DNA of 45,719 bases from an uncultured virus (IMG/VR IMGVR_UViG_2061766007_001805) (IMGVR_UViG_2061766007_001805), one strand, 5' to 3'; counted from the first letter of the stretch, positions 27,426 through 40,090 are shown. Translations and numbers: made by a program. The notes: generated by a model not told the origin, from the letters alone.

Positions 27426-29204
27426 ATGGCAAGGAAACGCAACGATATTGTCTTGGCGCCGTTGGAGGATGGTAATCAGAAGTACGCCATCCGTTCCAAC
27501 GCTGACTTCGTCGTGTTTACTGGAGCGACTGGCGGAGGTAAAAGCTATGCGCTCTACTATGCGCCAATCGAATACCTTGCCATGAACGACAATGCGAAGA
27601 TTGTGTGCTTCATGCGTAACGTCACAGATTTCTGGTCTGCAGGAAAAGTTGCCGATACACTCAAGAAAATGTATCCACTCGTTGACCGTGCTGTAAAGAA
27701 GCAGCCGCACGACCCGATAGGGGAAATCATACACAAGCAGGAGGATATGGGCATGAAGCTCTATAACGGCTCTTCAATAGAGTTCCAACAGCTTGACAAC
27801 GAGAACCCGATTGTACTCGACAAGATTGCGAAAGGACTGCAGGCGAAGAAGCTCATATTCGACGAGGCAAACAAGTTTGAGTGGAAGACGATAACGACAT
27901 TCATGCCGCGTCTTCGTTCTGACTCTGCTGGCAAGGCTCAGATATATCTTGCTCAGAATCCAGAGCGCGAGTGCCCTCTCCGTAAGATTTGCGGCAAGGG
28001 AGAGCATGGTGGCGGATGGATAAACGACGACGGAAGCGTAGACAAGTCTATGGACGGAGTCGTGATGTTCTTCTACATGCACGAAGGAGACTACAATAAG
28101 ATGTATTGGGGAAGAACTAAGCGCGAGGTGTACGAGAAAGCGAAAGAGTTCATAGACTCTCGTCTTGCCATAGACCAAGACATGACATACGAAGACTTTA
28201 TCTTGTCAATGGTGTTCTTCACGTTCGATGTTCGCGACAATAAAAAAATGCTTTCCAAGAACAAGACGTATCGAGGGATGGCTGCCAACTCTGCAACCGC
28301 AGCGTCTTCGTTTGCGAACAACTGGAACTACTCAATCACTGACGAAGAAGAAGCGCTCGAAGACCTCTCTAACGTACAGCTTTCACAGAATGACGTAGAG
28401 CGCATGTTCAGACCTGCAGAGATACCACACGACAGCGTGCTTGAAGATGAGTTTATAACAGTGGATATGGCAACCACTGGATTCGACAACCTCGTCATGA
28501 AGTATTGGCAGAAGTGGAGCAGGTTCGGTTTTATCTGCAAAGACATAAAGTTCTCCACGAACAACACGAACAGGACAGCTGTACTGATGATTAACGACTT
28601 CATGAAGAAGCATAACGTTCCACAGAAAAGGCTTATTCTCGACGTGCAGGGATTCGGTTTTCTTCGCGAGTGCTATCCTCAAGCACGCTGCTTTGCTGGA
28701 GCTGGCACTGCATCACAACGGAGCAAAAGCCAATACCGTACAGCAAAGGACGAGGCAGGACATGTCGCAATGGAGATGATACAGAGCGGCCTCATACACT
28801 ACGAGCCGCGTCTTGCACAAATGCACTACATGCACAAGAACATGAAGCGGGAGGGAGGAACGACAATACTACGACACATGCTGTTCGAGTCGCGCGTCTT
28901 CCAATTCTACAAGACTCCTAACGGACGCAACGCCATGCTCGACAAAGAGCGCATGAAGCCGATGCTGAAGGGTATGTCGCCAGACTTGATGGATAACGTC
29001 ATACTGCTGTGTGGCGGCACTGTCTACGACTGCTACAGAATGCTGCGAGACGACGCTGGAATGGCGAAGAAGAAAGCTGAAGCAAGCGACATGCTTGCAC
29101 TGCTCAACATAAACTCTGAAGACGATGTTGATACGCGCATTGCACGCGTACGTCCAAGAATAAGGAACGCAAGCGAAGTTTTGAATATTTTAAGCACGAT
29201 ATAA
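27426..29204 (+). CDS. terL: Terminase large subunit
   Basis: Q motif, Walker A GATGGGKS, Walker B LIFDEA, motif C YLAQNP, RNase H-like nuclease acidic motifs ITVDMA..G.D and SPDLMD. Confidence 0.92.
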   Translation: MARKRNDIVLAPLEDGNQKYAIRSNADFVVFTGATGGGKSYALYYAPIEYLAMNDNAKIVCFMRNVTDFWSAGKVADTLKKMYPLVDRAVKKQPHDPIGEIIHKQEDMGMKLYNGSSIEFQQLDNENPIVLDKIAKGLQAKKLIFDEANKFEWKTITTFMPRLRSDSAGKAQIYLAQNPERECPLRKICGKGEHGGGWINDDGSVDKSMDGVVMFFYMHEGDYNKMYWGRTKREVYEKAKEFIDSRLAIDQDMTYEDFILSMVFFTFDVRDNKKMLSKNKTYRGMAANSATAASSFANNWNYSITDEEEALEDLSNVQLSQNDVERMFRPAEIPHDSVLEDEFITVDMATTGFDNLVMKYWQKWSRFGFICKDIKFSTNNTNRTAVLMINDFMKKHNVPQKRLILDVQGFGFLRECYPQARCFAGAGTASQRSKSQYRTAKDEAGHVAMEMIQSGLIHYEPRLAQMHYMHKNMKREGGTTILRHMLFESRVFQFYKTPNGRNAMLDKERMKPMLKGMSPDLMDNVILLCGGTVYDCYRMLRDDAGMAKKKAEASDMLALLNINSEDDVDTRIARVRPRIRNASEVLNILSTI

Positions 29205-29205
29205 G

Positions 29206-30726
29206 ATGATTAGACAACACGACATCAGATGGTTCTTAGCTGAACCGACAAGGCTCTTGATGATGAAGCCTTTTACACGTGGAGGCGTTATGCAGTCACA
29301 TGGATTTGAGGGGAATCCTATATACAACAACAATGTATTGAATACAGGTTTTGCGAACCTTGAGCTCAACCCAATATCGCAAGACACGTACATAACAGAG
29401 TACAGACCCGACTTGCATCATATCATTCTGAATCAGATAGTACCGAAGATAAAGATTGTGCTGAACGGAACAGAACTGCCTGGCTCGATGATGAATATGA
29501 CGCAGACTGCGTCGTTTCAGAAGATTATCCATGCAGCACACGTACGAAGCCTTACGAGCAATCCGCTTGAGTTCACGCTATGCAAGGGAGACGAAGAAGG
29601 CGGCGGTAACAAGACGTTCGAAGACGTGAAGGCTGAATGGACGTGGAGAAACAGCGACTGGTATCTCTCGCAAGCCATCAACACTTGCAAGCAGCTTGGA
29701 AACTGTGGGCTGCTGTTCTCGTTCGACAAAGAAACGAATCAGTATAGCATAACGACCTACTCCTATGAAGACGGCTATCAGATTGTACCGAACTACGACG
29801 AGTACGGCATCGAGATAGCACGCTCTCTCGTGTATCAGATGGAGAGCAAAATCATTATCGACACGTACGACACGAAGCATCACTATCACATCGTTCAAGC
29901 AGACAACAACAACGGTTGGGAGATAACAAGGGACGAGCACGGATTCTCTCGCTGTCCGCTTCTGCACCAACGCGGAAAAGTCGCATGGGAATATGCAGAG
30001 TCCACCATCGAGATATGGGAGCTGATGACGAACATACAGAACATCGCACTCAAGCGCTTCGGAACGTTTGCTCTCGTGTTCACTGGAGAGATGGACAAAG
30101 AATCGTTCAAGCGTGACTCTTCGACGCTCATCATCAACCTTTCGAGCGACACGACGAACGGCAAGCAAGACGCAAAAGTCTTGGACTTCCCAGAACCTCA
30201 GACGATGGACGGATACCTCAAGACTTTGGAAGAGAAGATTTCACTCTTCTCAAGTACGTCGTTCATCACTCCGAAAGACATCACTGCTACAAACAGCGGC
30301 GGTAACGGCATAGCACTTGCCATGTCTAACGACTATGCGCTTGCGACGCAGTCTGCTCTCTCGTGGCGCAAGTTCGTAAACGACATGTTCTATCTGCACC
30401 AAGAAGGTCTTGACCTTGAGACCAACGGAACAGAGAAATATGGAAAGCTGAAAGTCGGCGCGAAGATTGTTCCTTGGTCTCTTGAGACGAACAATACGAA
30501 GATTACGAACTTGCAGATGGAAGCAAAGTGGCTGTCTATGAAGACCATCATCGAACGCTCTCCAGACGCTGCTCCAGACGAAGAAGAGCGCATCATATCA
30601 GAGCGCGGAGCACTCGTTCCACAAGACGCTGTTTCTGACGCTGACTCTGAGAAAGCTGCTCGCATCAGCAAGAACAACTCGAACGAGATAGTAGACAATA
30701 AAGCTCAGACGGGTCTTGACAACTAA
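29206..30726 (+). CDS. Portal protein (SPP1 gp6-like)
   Basis: 506 aa directly after TerL; QLGNCGLLF, DAKVL..P and SG..IAL patterns; acidic tail. Confidence 0.82.
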   Translation: MIRQHDIRWFLAEPTRLLMMKPFTRGGVMQSHGFEGNPIYNNNVLNTGFANLELNPISQDTYITEYRPDLHHIILNQIVPKIKIVLNGTELPGSMMNMTQTASFQKIIHAAHVRSLTSNPLEFTLCKGDEEGGGNKTFEDVKAEWTWRNSDWYLSQAINTCKQLGNCGLLFSFDKETNQYSITTYSYEDGYQIVPNYDEYGIEIARSLVYQMESKIIIDTYDTKHHYHIVQADNNNGWEITRDEHGFSRCPLLHQRGKVAWEYAESTIEIWELMTNIQNIALKRFGTFALVFTGEMDKESFKRDSSTLIINLSSDTTNGKQDAKVLDFPEPQTMDGYLKTLEEKISLFSSTSFITPKDITATNSGGNGIALAMSNDYALATQSALSWRKFVNDMFYLHQEGLDLETNGTEKYGKLKVGAKIVPWSLETNNTKITNLQMEAKWLSMKTIIERSPDAAPDEEERIISERGALVPQDAVSDADSEKAARISKNNSNEIVDNKAQTGLDN

Positions 30727-30746
30727 ATGGAAAAGAAGCAACGATT

Positions 30747-31211
30747 ATGGAATGGGGTGAAATTTTGAATTGGGTTCTCGGAGTTCTGACTCTGATAGCT
30801 GGCGGAGGATGGTTCGTCAATTGGCGCGCCCACAAACGTCAAGAGAACGCGAAGGCGCGACAGACAGAGCTTGATGCTACCAAGACTGAGCAAGACATGT
30901 ACCAAGAGATGCTTACTGACTTAAAGGAGCATAACGAAGTCTTGCGGAAGTTCAATCGAGAAGTGAGCGACGAATGTGAACAGCTAAGGAAACGCGTAGC
31001 AGAAAACGAAAGCAAACTCCACGAGCAGGACAACAAGATACGAGAACAAGGAGAAAAGCTACGCACACAAGAGAATAAGATAGAGTCGCTTGAGCATCGT
31101 CTTGAGCTGATGACAGAAATGATGTGCGGAAAGTCCAATTGCCAACAGCGCACAAAAGTGTTCTTGAGCCCAATCGACGATGATAGTTTTACAACAAGAA
31201 AAGACAAGTAA
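30747..31211 (+). CDS. Putative holin (N-terminal TM plus coiled coil)
   Basis: ILNWVLGVLTLIAGGGWFV TM segment, long coiled coil, C....C..R tail; immediately upstream of the endolysin. Confidence 0.6.
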   Translation: MEWGEILNWVLGVLTLIAGGGWFVNWRAHKRQENAKARQTELDATKTEQDMYQEMLTDLKEHNEVLRKFNREVSDECEQLRKRVAENESKLHEQDNKIREQGEKLRTQENKIESLEHRLELMTEMMCGKSNCQQRTKVFLSPIDDDSFTTRKDK

Positions 31212-31217
31212 AAAGAT

Positions 31218-31694
31218 ATGACGCTTATGACGATTTCACAGAACGGTATAGACGCAATCAAGCGTTTCGAGGGATGTAGACTGTACGCATACAGGGACAG
31301 CGTAGGCGTGCTAAGTATAGGCTTTGGCCACACCAAGAACGTAAAGGCTGGTATGGCGATAACGCAAGCACAAGCTGAGCAGTTCTTGAAAGAAGACTTG
31401 AAGCCTATCGAGACACTGCTGAACAATATGCACGTCAACTTTACTCAGAACGCTTTTGATAGCCTTTGCAGCTGGGTCTTTAATCTTGGAGCTGGCAACT
31501 TCAACTCTTCGACAATGAAGAAACGAATTGTCGCCAACGCAAGAGACGTTGAAATTACTGATGAAATGATACGTTGGACGAGGGCTGGCGGTAAAGTTCT
31601 TGCAGGTCTTGTCAAGCGTCGTTGTGACGAAGCAAACATGTTTCTCGGACGCACAGTGTATTACGTTGACGGGCTGACAATTAAAAAGCATTGA
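31218..31694 (+). CDS. GH24 lysozyme (endolysin)
   Basis: IKRFEGCRLYAYRDSVGVLSIGFGHT with the E-8x-D catalytic pattern; FDSL.S..FNLG.G; GLVKRR..E. Confidence 0.93.
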   Translation: MTLMTISQNGIDAIKRFEGCRLYAYRDSVGVLSIGFGHTKNVKAGMAITQAQAEQFLKEDLKPIETLLNNMHVNFTQNAFDSLCSWVFNLGAGNFNSSTMKKRIVANARDVEITDEMIRWTRAGGKVLAGLVKRRCDEANMFLGRTVYYVDGLTIKKH

Positions 31695-31698
31695 CGAT

Positions 31699-32148
31699 AT
31701 GACGACAGAAGAGGAAAAAGCGAGAATCATCAAGGAGTGTATGAACAACGCGCTATACAACGGATGCGGTTCACGAATGATGGTCGCCGCTGTGTTTGTT
31801 GTGGTGCTTCTTTTTACGTCATGCGCCACGCGTACGCAAATCGAGTATCGTGACAGAATCGTTGACCACTACATCACAAAAGTCGAGAAAGATACAGTCA
31901 TCGAAAAAATGCACGATAGCGTGTACGTCCACGCGAAAGGAGATACTATATGGTTTGAAAAATGGCATACGAAATATGTTGACAAAATAGTATTGCGTCA
32001 CGACACGTGTTGGCGCGATAGCGTAGTGACCATAAAAAAAGAGACGACAAAAGAAGTTGTTAAAGNNNNNNNNNNNNNNNNNNNNNNNNNNNNNTTAGTT
32101 ATTATCTTTGCAATCATAAAATTATTGAAATGGCTACGGGTGATTTAG
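31699..32148 (+). CDS. Putative unimolecular spanin (lipoprotein)
   Basis: Signal with lipobox LFTS-C, beta-rich D(T/S)V repeats, C-terminal hydrophobic helix LVIIFAIIKLLKW; follows the endolysin. Confidence 0.65.
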   Translation: MTTEEEKARIIKECMNNALYNGCGSRMMVAAVFVVVLLFTSCATRTQIEYRDRIVDHYITKVEKDTVIEKMHDSVYVHAKGDTIWFEKWHTKYVDKIVLRHDTCWRDSVVTIKKETTKEVVKXXXXXXXXXXLVIIFAIIKLLKWLRVI

Positions 32149-35100
32149 GTAAGAATCTGACGTTTCCGATTTTCAATAGCGACGGAACGGCTTTCAACGA
32201 CTTGGTTCTACACAAGGCGACANNNNNNNNNNNNNNNNNNNNNNNNNNNNNNNNNNNNNNNNNNNNNNNNNNNNNNNNNNNNTTACGATGGGCGAGTACG
32301 TGGAATACGAAGGCGTCAAGTTCGTGCTTGTAAGCCCACCGACGATTGTTCGCGAGGGCATGGTGTCAGACAATAGCGAGTTGAAAGGCTTGACGAAATA
32401 TTCGTTCACGTTCTACCACCCGATGTACATGTTGGCAAACTTTCCGTTCTCTGACGTTGCAGTGTCGAACGACCAGAAGAAATATCTGTCTGAAAACAAG
32501 TCGTTCTCGTGGATTGGAAACTTGTCGGATTATGTCGCAAAGATTAACAAGAATATTGCAAGCACCGAGTGGTATTGCGTAATCAACGACAATGTTGACG
32601 AAGACATTATAAGCAAGCTAAGTGACGTCCTTACGTTCGACAATCAAAGCGTTGCCGACGCATTGAAGACGGGCTACGAGACATGGGAGATTCCTTATAC
32701 AATATCGACAAAGGTTCAGACCATAGGCGGCGTACAAAAGAAATTCTTGATAGAGTTCGGTCTTCCTACAACACAGATACGCAAGAACAATCAGAACTTT
32801 GTCTTTGAATACGGTCAAGGCGTCGGACTGAAGAACAACTCCCGCACACCACGCAACAACAAGATTATCACGCGAATCGCTGGCTACGGTAGCGAAGACA
32901 ACATTCCCTATGGCTATCCGCAAATTGTTTGGACTGGCAATCAGTCGTGGGACTATACCATAAACAACGATTCAACCAATGCCAATTCGTACCCGATATA
33001 CGACGGAATCGTTGGCGGTCAGAAAGTGCGTCTTATCAAGCATCCGTTCACACGTACGCACTTGATGCCTACTGTGTACGTCGATGCCGTGAACAAAAAA
33101 GTTAATCCGAATGCCACTGGATATAACCCCAATATTGAACTAAAAGACTACTACGACGCAATATCGGGTGGTGGTTACACGTATCCGAATCCCATTGTAG
33201 CCAACGCTCCGTCGTACGAAATCCACGAGTTCGACAAGATTAAGCCCGAACTCGGCAGCAAGCAGCTTGTGAGCGTAAGCGCTTACGACGAAAAACAAGA
33301 CAATTCGATGTCGATGAGCGACTTTCTTTCACTCTTAGACGACTATCTCAGCGAGTCAGAGTTTGATTCTGAGAAAATCGAACTGTCTGCACTCAGAGAA
33401 TCAATACAAGTAAACACGTCTGATAGCAACGAAAGCCCGACGCCACAGACAAGAACGCCGTTAGAGTACACGTTCGCATGGTCTTTCAGCACCAACGGCA
33501 ATTACACAGAAGTGACGTACGAGTCTTCAAGACTGAATTTTACCGCAACGGTACGTCGTTCAGAAATCGTTGTCACACCGACGTGGGACGACACGATGGA
33601 CGACGAGGGCAACTACGTGCAAAGCTATTTCAAGCTGACATTGCCGTCGTTGGGATTTGACTTGTATGCATGTGCAGCCATCACGCAAGAGATGTCTATC
33701 AATATGCGTAGCGGCGCTTGTATCGGATGCACGTTCCCAATACAAGTCGATTGGGACGACTACAAGCGAAACTTCTACGACGAAGACGGTAACTTTGACC
33801 CCGTAATCGGTACTGGACATCCGCGTGACGGAGAGAAATATCCAAACTCGACAAGCTCGTCGATAACAGTCATAGTAAAGAAAGAAAACACTACGTTCGG
33901 TACGCTGATGCCGAACATCTATCAGCAGCCCGCTACTGGCGACCAGTTCGTCATCCTTGGAATATCATTGCCGACGTCATACATCACAGACGCACAAGAA
34001 CGGCTTGACGACGACATGAAGCAGTACATGCTCGACAACAACGTGCATTACTTTGACTATCCGCTGAAGTTCGACGAGTATTTCCTTGCGCAGAACACAG
34101 ACATATTGTCGCAGATGAAGCCGAACGTCGTCGTTCAGTTCAAGTACAACGACGAGACGCTTGCGTTGTACATCAAGCAGATGACGGTCAAGTTCGGAGA
34201 CAAGCCGTTGCCAGAATACAACATCACGCTTACGGATGACGTCGAGATTGTACTTAATCCTATTGGTCGCGTGTCCGACGAAGTGTCGAACATAAAGCTG
34301 TTGATGGGCGAAGGTGGCGGTCTTTCGTTTGACAAAGCAGACAAGCGCTACTTGCGCAAGGATGTTGACGACACGGCAGTTGGTCTTATCCGATTGATTA
34401 GGGGTCTTCAAGTAGGCGATAGGTTCGTTACTGGCTTNNNNNNNNNNNNNNNNNNNNNNNNNNNCGACGTATCTTGAGTGCGACAAGATGTATGTCCGCA
34501 TGAAAGCGTATTTCGACACCGTAGAGATACGTCGTTACATGCATAGCGGAGGCAATAGAATCGCATCGGCAGCTGGTATAAAGTGTACGCGAGTAGAATA
34601 CATAGATTCAAACGGTAGCGTGACGAACGATGTGTCTGAAGCTGTCAAGTTCCGCTGCTATTTCAACGCCACAGACAACGACAGAACTATCACGAATGAT
34701 TTTGTCGTAGGAGACCAAGCATATTGCCATGAGACGAACGTTGACACGTCTGCAGTCGATATGCACCACTATTGGCGACTTGTCGTTGCAAAAAGTAGCG
34801 TACCGAACGACAACGGCGAGCATTGGATAGACCTTGCGAACTATTCTACCAACGGTGTTCCGTCCAATATGCAGTGGACTAACACACGCGGCGAAACTGT
34901 TAACCACAAAAGCCACCAAGAAGGTAGCGACGTTCCTATTGCGCAAGACGACATCATACAGTTGGGTAGTGCAGACGACACTACTCGCATGGGTGCAATT
35001 ATCGAGTTCGTCACAGGCGCAGATGCACCGTCGTATCAGATATTCCAGAACATTGACGACTATTCGTTGGAAGGAAAGAACTACGTGTCTATGGGCTATG

Positions 35101-38100
35101 CGTCTGGCTCTACGTCCACGCACGGCGAAGGACACGCATATCTTGAAGTCTACGGTGATTTCTTCTTCGGTGCACAACCAGATTCTGTTACTGGCGAGTC
35201 TCCGACATTCATCAAATACTTGCAAGACGATGGTACAGGCCATCCAAAGCTTGACATCAAAGCAAACGTTGAGTTTACAAGCCCTGAATCTACATACGGA
35301 ACATCTACGCTTGACGCTTTTATTGATGCTATCACAAGAGACATCGGCAACATTCAAGACCAAGTAGACGGCAATATCGAATCTTGGTTCTATGACCACA
35401 TGCCCGTTGCTACGGATGCAAGCGGCGCTCCGTTGAACAGGGTTCCGTTGACGAACAAAGAGCCGTACAAGACTTGGTACGAGGCAGATGGTGGCGGTAC
35501 TGCATCTGAGGTAACAACTGAACGCTTGAAGCACTTGGGAGATACATTCTACGACAACACCACGGGTTACGCTTTTAGGTTCAGTCTTAACGAAACCGTC
35601 ACGCCAAATGTTTTCGAGTGGGTAGAGATACAAGATTCTGCCGTTATCAAAGCACTTGCTGATGCTGCAAAAGCACAAGATACAGCAGACCACAAGCGTA
35701 GAGTGTTCGTTGCGCAGCCTGTTCCTGTATCTCCAAATAACTACGTCGAATATGATGTTGGCGACCTTTGGTCAAATGCTGTATATCCATCAAACTATAG
35801 TGGAGAAACGGATGCTGAAAACAATAAGTACAACAATGATTTGTTGCGTTGTAGGGTGTCTAAACCTATAAGAAACGCACAAGGTCAAGTTGTGGATGGA
35901 ACGTTTAGCATTACCGATTGGGAGCTTGCATCCAAATACACCGACGATTCAAGACTTCTTGCTTTCCTTGACGGCTATCAGGGAACGTTGACTGCCATTC
36001 AAGGTCAGATAGACCAAAAAGCTGAGACATACTACCAAGACGACGACCCGTCAACGAACCAATGGGGTTCTGAACACGTTGGCGATATGTGGTTCTGTAC
36101 CTCAGACCATGCCGACCCGTCGTTATACAAGCTTGGCACGACATGGGTGTGGCAAGAATTTGTCAACGAGACCACTCAAGCAGTCACATACGCTTGGGCA
36201 GAAGCTCAGATACCTCAAGTGGTGTTCGATACGCTTGACAGGAAGAAAGCTGTCTATGTGGCATGGGGTGCATGGGTAGACAGCGACGGACACAACAATC
36301 TCGAACTGCGAGACTTGCTTATACCTGCACAAGACATTACTCCACAAGTAGACGGGAGCGACAAAACGTACTATACTGACAGGATTTATCGTTGCGTCAG
36401 TCTTAATCCAATATCTTTCCAAGAAGTTGACTACGTTGATGACCAGACGTGGAGTAACTGGATTCAGAACACGTACAACCCGAATGTAAGCAGCATACAA
36501 AGTCAGATTGACGGGAAAGCAGAGACATGGTATCAGAACACAGACCCATCGTCATCTTGGACTACCGACACGGAGAAAGCCAAGCATGTAGGCGACCTTT
36601 GGCTCGTAAATATTGACGTGACTGGCAGCAACATCTACAAAGCAGGTACTACATGGTATTATAAGGACAACGGAGAAAATGCAAATCCACGTTACACATG
36701 GGACAAGCAAGTCGTTCCGCAAGAGGTGTTCGACTATGCTGACGGAAAAGCTGCAATCTTTGTCGGTAACACTTTGCCGACAGACTATCACATAAACGAT
36801 ATGTGGTTCATCGGTGATGGTGTTGCTGCCGCAAATCTTCCGACTGGATGCATCGCAGGCGATGTGGNNNNNNNNNNNNNNNNNACTTACAACAAGTTAC
36901 ATTGGGCGAAGAAAGACCGCTACACTGACGATTCAAAGATAACTCGTTTCGTTGACATCCTTACCAACGGCTCTTATACTGGTGGCACAATAGACTTTGA
37001 TGCTGCCGCTGCTGCCCAATATGCCATCAAGCACGCTCTAAACGAAGGCTCTACAACCGTAGACGGCGGTCTTATCCTTTCCAACATAATTGCATTGCGT
37101 GATGCCACGTCAAACATAATGAGCGGTCTTAACGGTATCTATAACGCTTCTTCGCTTGGCGGTGGCATAGCTGCATGGTATGGTGGTAAGATGGTTGACA
37201 TCGAAGCGTTGACTGGTTCTGCAAAGACCACATACGACAATATGACCGCTGCGCAGAAAGCCGCTTCAAAGAACTATGCCAAGTCGCTTGACAGGTTTGA
37301 CGGCTCTGGATACCGAGCAAGCGGAAACATATCGTGGTCTGATGATGGCACGCTAACTATCAAAGGACACGAAGTTGACACCACGACGCTGAAGATAAGC
37401 GGCGTTACGGTGAATCTCTCTGACTATCTTCCGAAGAGTGCTGGTAGCACCAATCCGTTGACTGGCGACTTGTATTCACTAAACATTCTTCCGTTCGCTC
37501 CCTCATCAGAAACCGTATACGGCTATAGTCTCGGAAGTCAGTCAAGATTCTGGAGAAATCTCTTTACCAAGAGAATCTACCTCTACAAGCCGAACGCAAA
37601 CGATAACGATGCCGTTTATCTTGAATGTGACACTGACCACAACGTCAAACTCGTCGGCAACTTCTATGCTACAGGTGCGGTAAGCGCTTTGGGTTCTAAT
37701 TCTCAGCAAGGCGGTGGCAGCGGCGTATCTTTGAATGAGCCTCTCAACGGAATCAACACCGCAAACATCGGCGCACCAACAACAAGCGGTCAGACGGTGG
37801 TGTGGACTGGTTCTGCATGGGTGTATGGCATCAACACTACACTGCGCGTCGGTGCTTTGAGTACGGCTGGAGTAGCAACCATTTACGGTAATGTCCAATC
37901 GACAGTCGGTGACTTCATTGCATCTTCAGGGCACGGGTTCAAGGTAGCCGACAAGGATGATACTTACGTTCTCCTTGCTGGCGGCGGTACGACATTGCTC
38001 AGTTCAATAAGCGTATCTGCGGCCACCACATCGGCACTTGGTACTGTAAAGGTTGCAAATCAGTATGGCCAGACAGTAACCATTCAGACCGTTGGAACAG

Positions 38101-40089
38101 GTTCAAATCGCAACTATGGCTTGCANNNNNNNNNNNNNNNNNNNNNNNNNNNNNNNNNNNNNNNNNNCCAAATATACTGCTGGCCATTTTATAAAGAACA
38201 ATACGAAACTATTCTTTATAGGTGCTACGACTGCGTCCACTGTAAGCGAAACATCGTACACGACCACATACACAAACCAAAATTGCTACATCGGTACGGA
38301 TAATTGCTTGTATAGTGGAGGTAGTAAAGTCCTGACTGGCATCACAAGTTCTGATGTGACAACAGCTCTCGGATTTACGCCGTCACTTAACACTGCTGGC
38401 ACTTTTAACATACATGGACAGACAGCCCTTTATAGAATATATTTGATTGGTTCGCAGACTGTTTCAAATTCACAAACGGGGTCAGCAGCGACAAACACCA
38501 ATTCAGCGTGCTATATTGACACAGACAATTGCCTATATAGCAATGGCAGTAAAGTTCTCACCGTAGGCACTTACACCCTTGATAATGTTGCCGATGGTAC
38601 AACGCGCAAACTTCCGACAAAGACGAGTGACCTCACCAATGACAGCGGATTTATAACTGGTTACACAAACACATGGCGTGGTGTCTATACGGGTGGTACA
38701 AGCCGTGTCGGAACTGGAACGGGTACGAAGGCTATCAACTTTAAGGCTGGCAGCAATATATCGGTATCTTACGAGGCTGCTGGTACGGGTTCGGGACAAA
38801 GTGGTAGTGCCGACTACTTTAACGTTGTGTTGGCATTTAGCGGTACAATACCGACGAAAACAAGTCAGCTTACAAACGATAGCGGCTTTATAAGCGGCTA
38901 TACGGACACAAAGAACACGGCAGGTGCAACAAACAACGCTTCAACTAAGTTGTTCTTGATAGGTGCAACGTCACAAGGCGCAAATCCGCAGACCTATTCA
39001 AACGTGAATTGCTACATCGGTACGGATAATTGCTTGTATTCGAATGGGGTTAAGGTTGCTACTGGTACAATACCGACCAAGACATCGCAACTTACCAATG
39101 ACAGCGGATTTATCACTGGCTACACGGACACGAAGAACACCGCTGGTTCTACGGATAAAGCGAATACTAAGCTGTTCTTGATAGGTGCAACGTCACAAGG
39201 CGCAAATCCGCAGACATACTCAAATAGTTCTTGCTATATAAACACGAACAACAAGCTCGTCAGCGGTGGTCAGGTGGTTCTGACAACATCTGACTTAAGC
39301 AATTATTTGCCCTTATCTGGTGGAACTTTGTCTGGAGATTTGTTAATGTCAGCAACGATTCGCCCGACATCAGCATACCAACAGCAGGTCGGAACGTCAG
39401 ACTATCCTTTTAGTAGTATGTATTCANNNNNNNNNNNNNNNNNNNNNNNNNNNNNNNNNNNNNNNNNNNNNNNNNNNNNNNNNNNNNNNNNNNNNNNNNN
39501 NNNNNNNNNNNNNNNNNNNNNNNNNNNNNNNNNNNNNNNNNNNNNNNNNNNGGTTGTCGGCAACGCTGATTTCAATGACTCGTTGATGCTATACGGCTCT
39601 AACGTCGTTATATATTCTATAAGCAGTAGCAAGGTAGTATCAGAGGTTGCACGTTCAACAAGGACAGGAAACTTTGTCATATCAAGCAGCGCAACGTCCG
39701 CTATGGCCAACTCTGGACACAAGTTGTATGTTGACGGAAGTGTTGGTGCAACATCATATAATAATGTTTCCGATGTTAGAGACAAGGAGTATGTGTCAGA
39801 CCTGTCAATAGACATAAACAGCATAGCAAATGCGCCGTTATTCCGCTTTAGGTGGAAACATATAGAGGACGAGAAAATCCATGCAGGCTCAAGCGCACAA
39901 TATTGGCAGACGGTGTTGTCGGAAAACGTATTTGTAGGAGGCGACGAGAAGCATACTCTTTCGATGCAATACGACGCGATAGCACTTATCTCAGCCGTCA
40001 CCGTAGCAAGGGAGATGGTTGACACGAAGGAAAGGATACGTCAACTCGAAGAGCGTGTAAGACAACTTGAATCACAACTTGCAAACTGA
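32130..40089 (+). CDS. Giant tail tip/hub-fibre protein with a C-terminal S74 intramolecular chaperone (probably one gene of about 2650 aa; frames broken only at N gaps)
   Basis: Hub-like N-terminus (FEYGQG.GL...IITRIAGYGSEDNIP.GY). The sequence reads on across gaps (…DRFVTG-[gap]-TYLECDKMYVR; …NRNYGL-[gap]-KYTAG). Contains IQ.Q.DG..E.W repeats and fibre repeats, ending SDVRDK...G.SAQ...Y..I + coiled coil. Confidence 0.75.
38281..39260 (+). repeat. Intragenic fibre-shaft repeats
   Basis: A 222-bp unit (starts 38842 and 39064) encodes PTKTSQLTNDSGFI.GYTDTKNTAG...KLFLIGATSQGANPQTYSN; the 33-bp stretch AATTGCTACATCGGTACGGATAATTGCTTGTAT is identical at 38281 and 39007. Confidence 0.85.
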
Positions 40090-40090
40090 T

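Noticed and set aside
27426..29204. Intein or intron in TerL
   Set aside because: Length and motif spacing are plausible; no C…HN splice motifs or homing endonuclease signature.
38281..39260. DGR TR/VR pair among the shaft repeats
   Set aside because: Both copies are in frame in the same gene and differ largely at synonymous sites, as expected of ordinary structural repeats.
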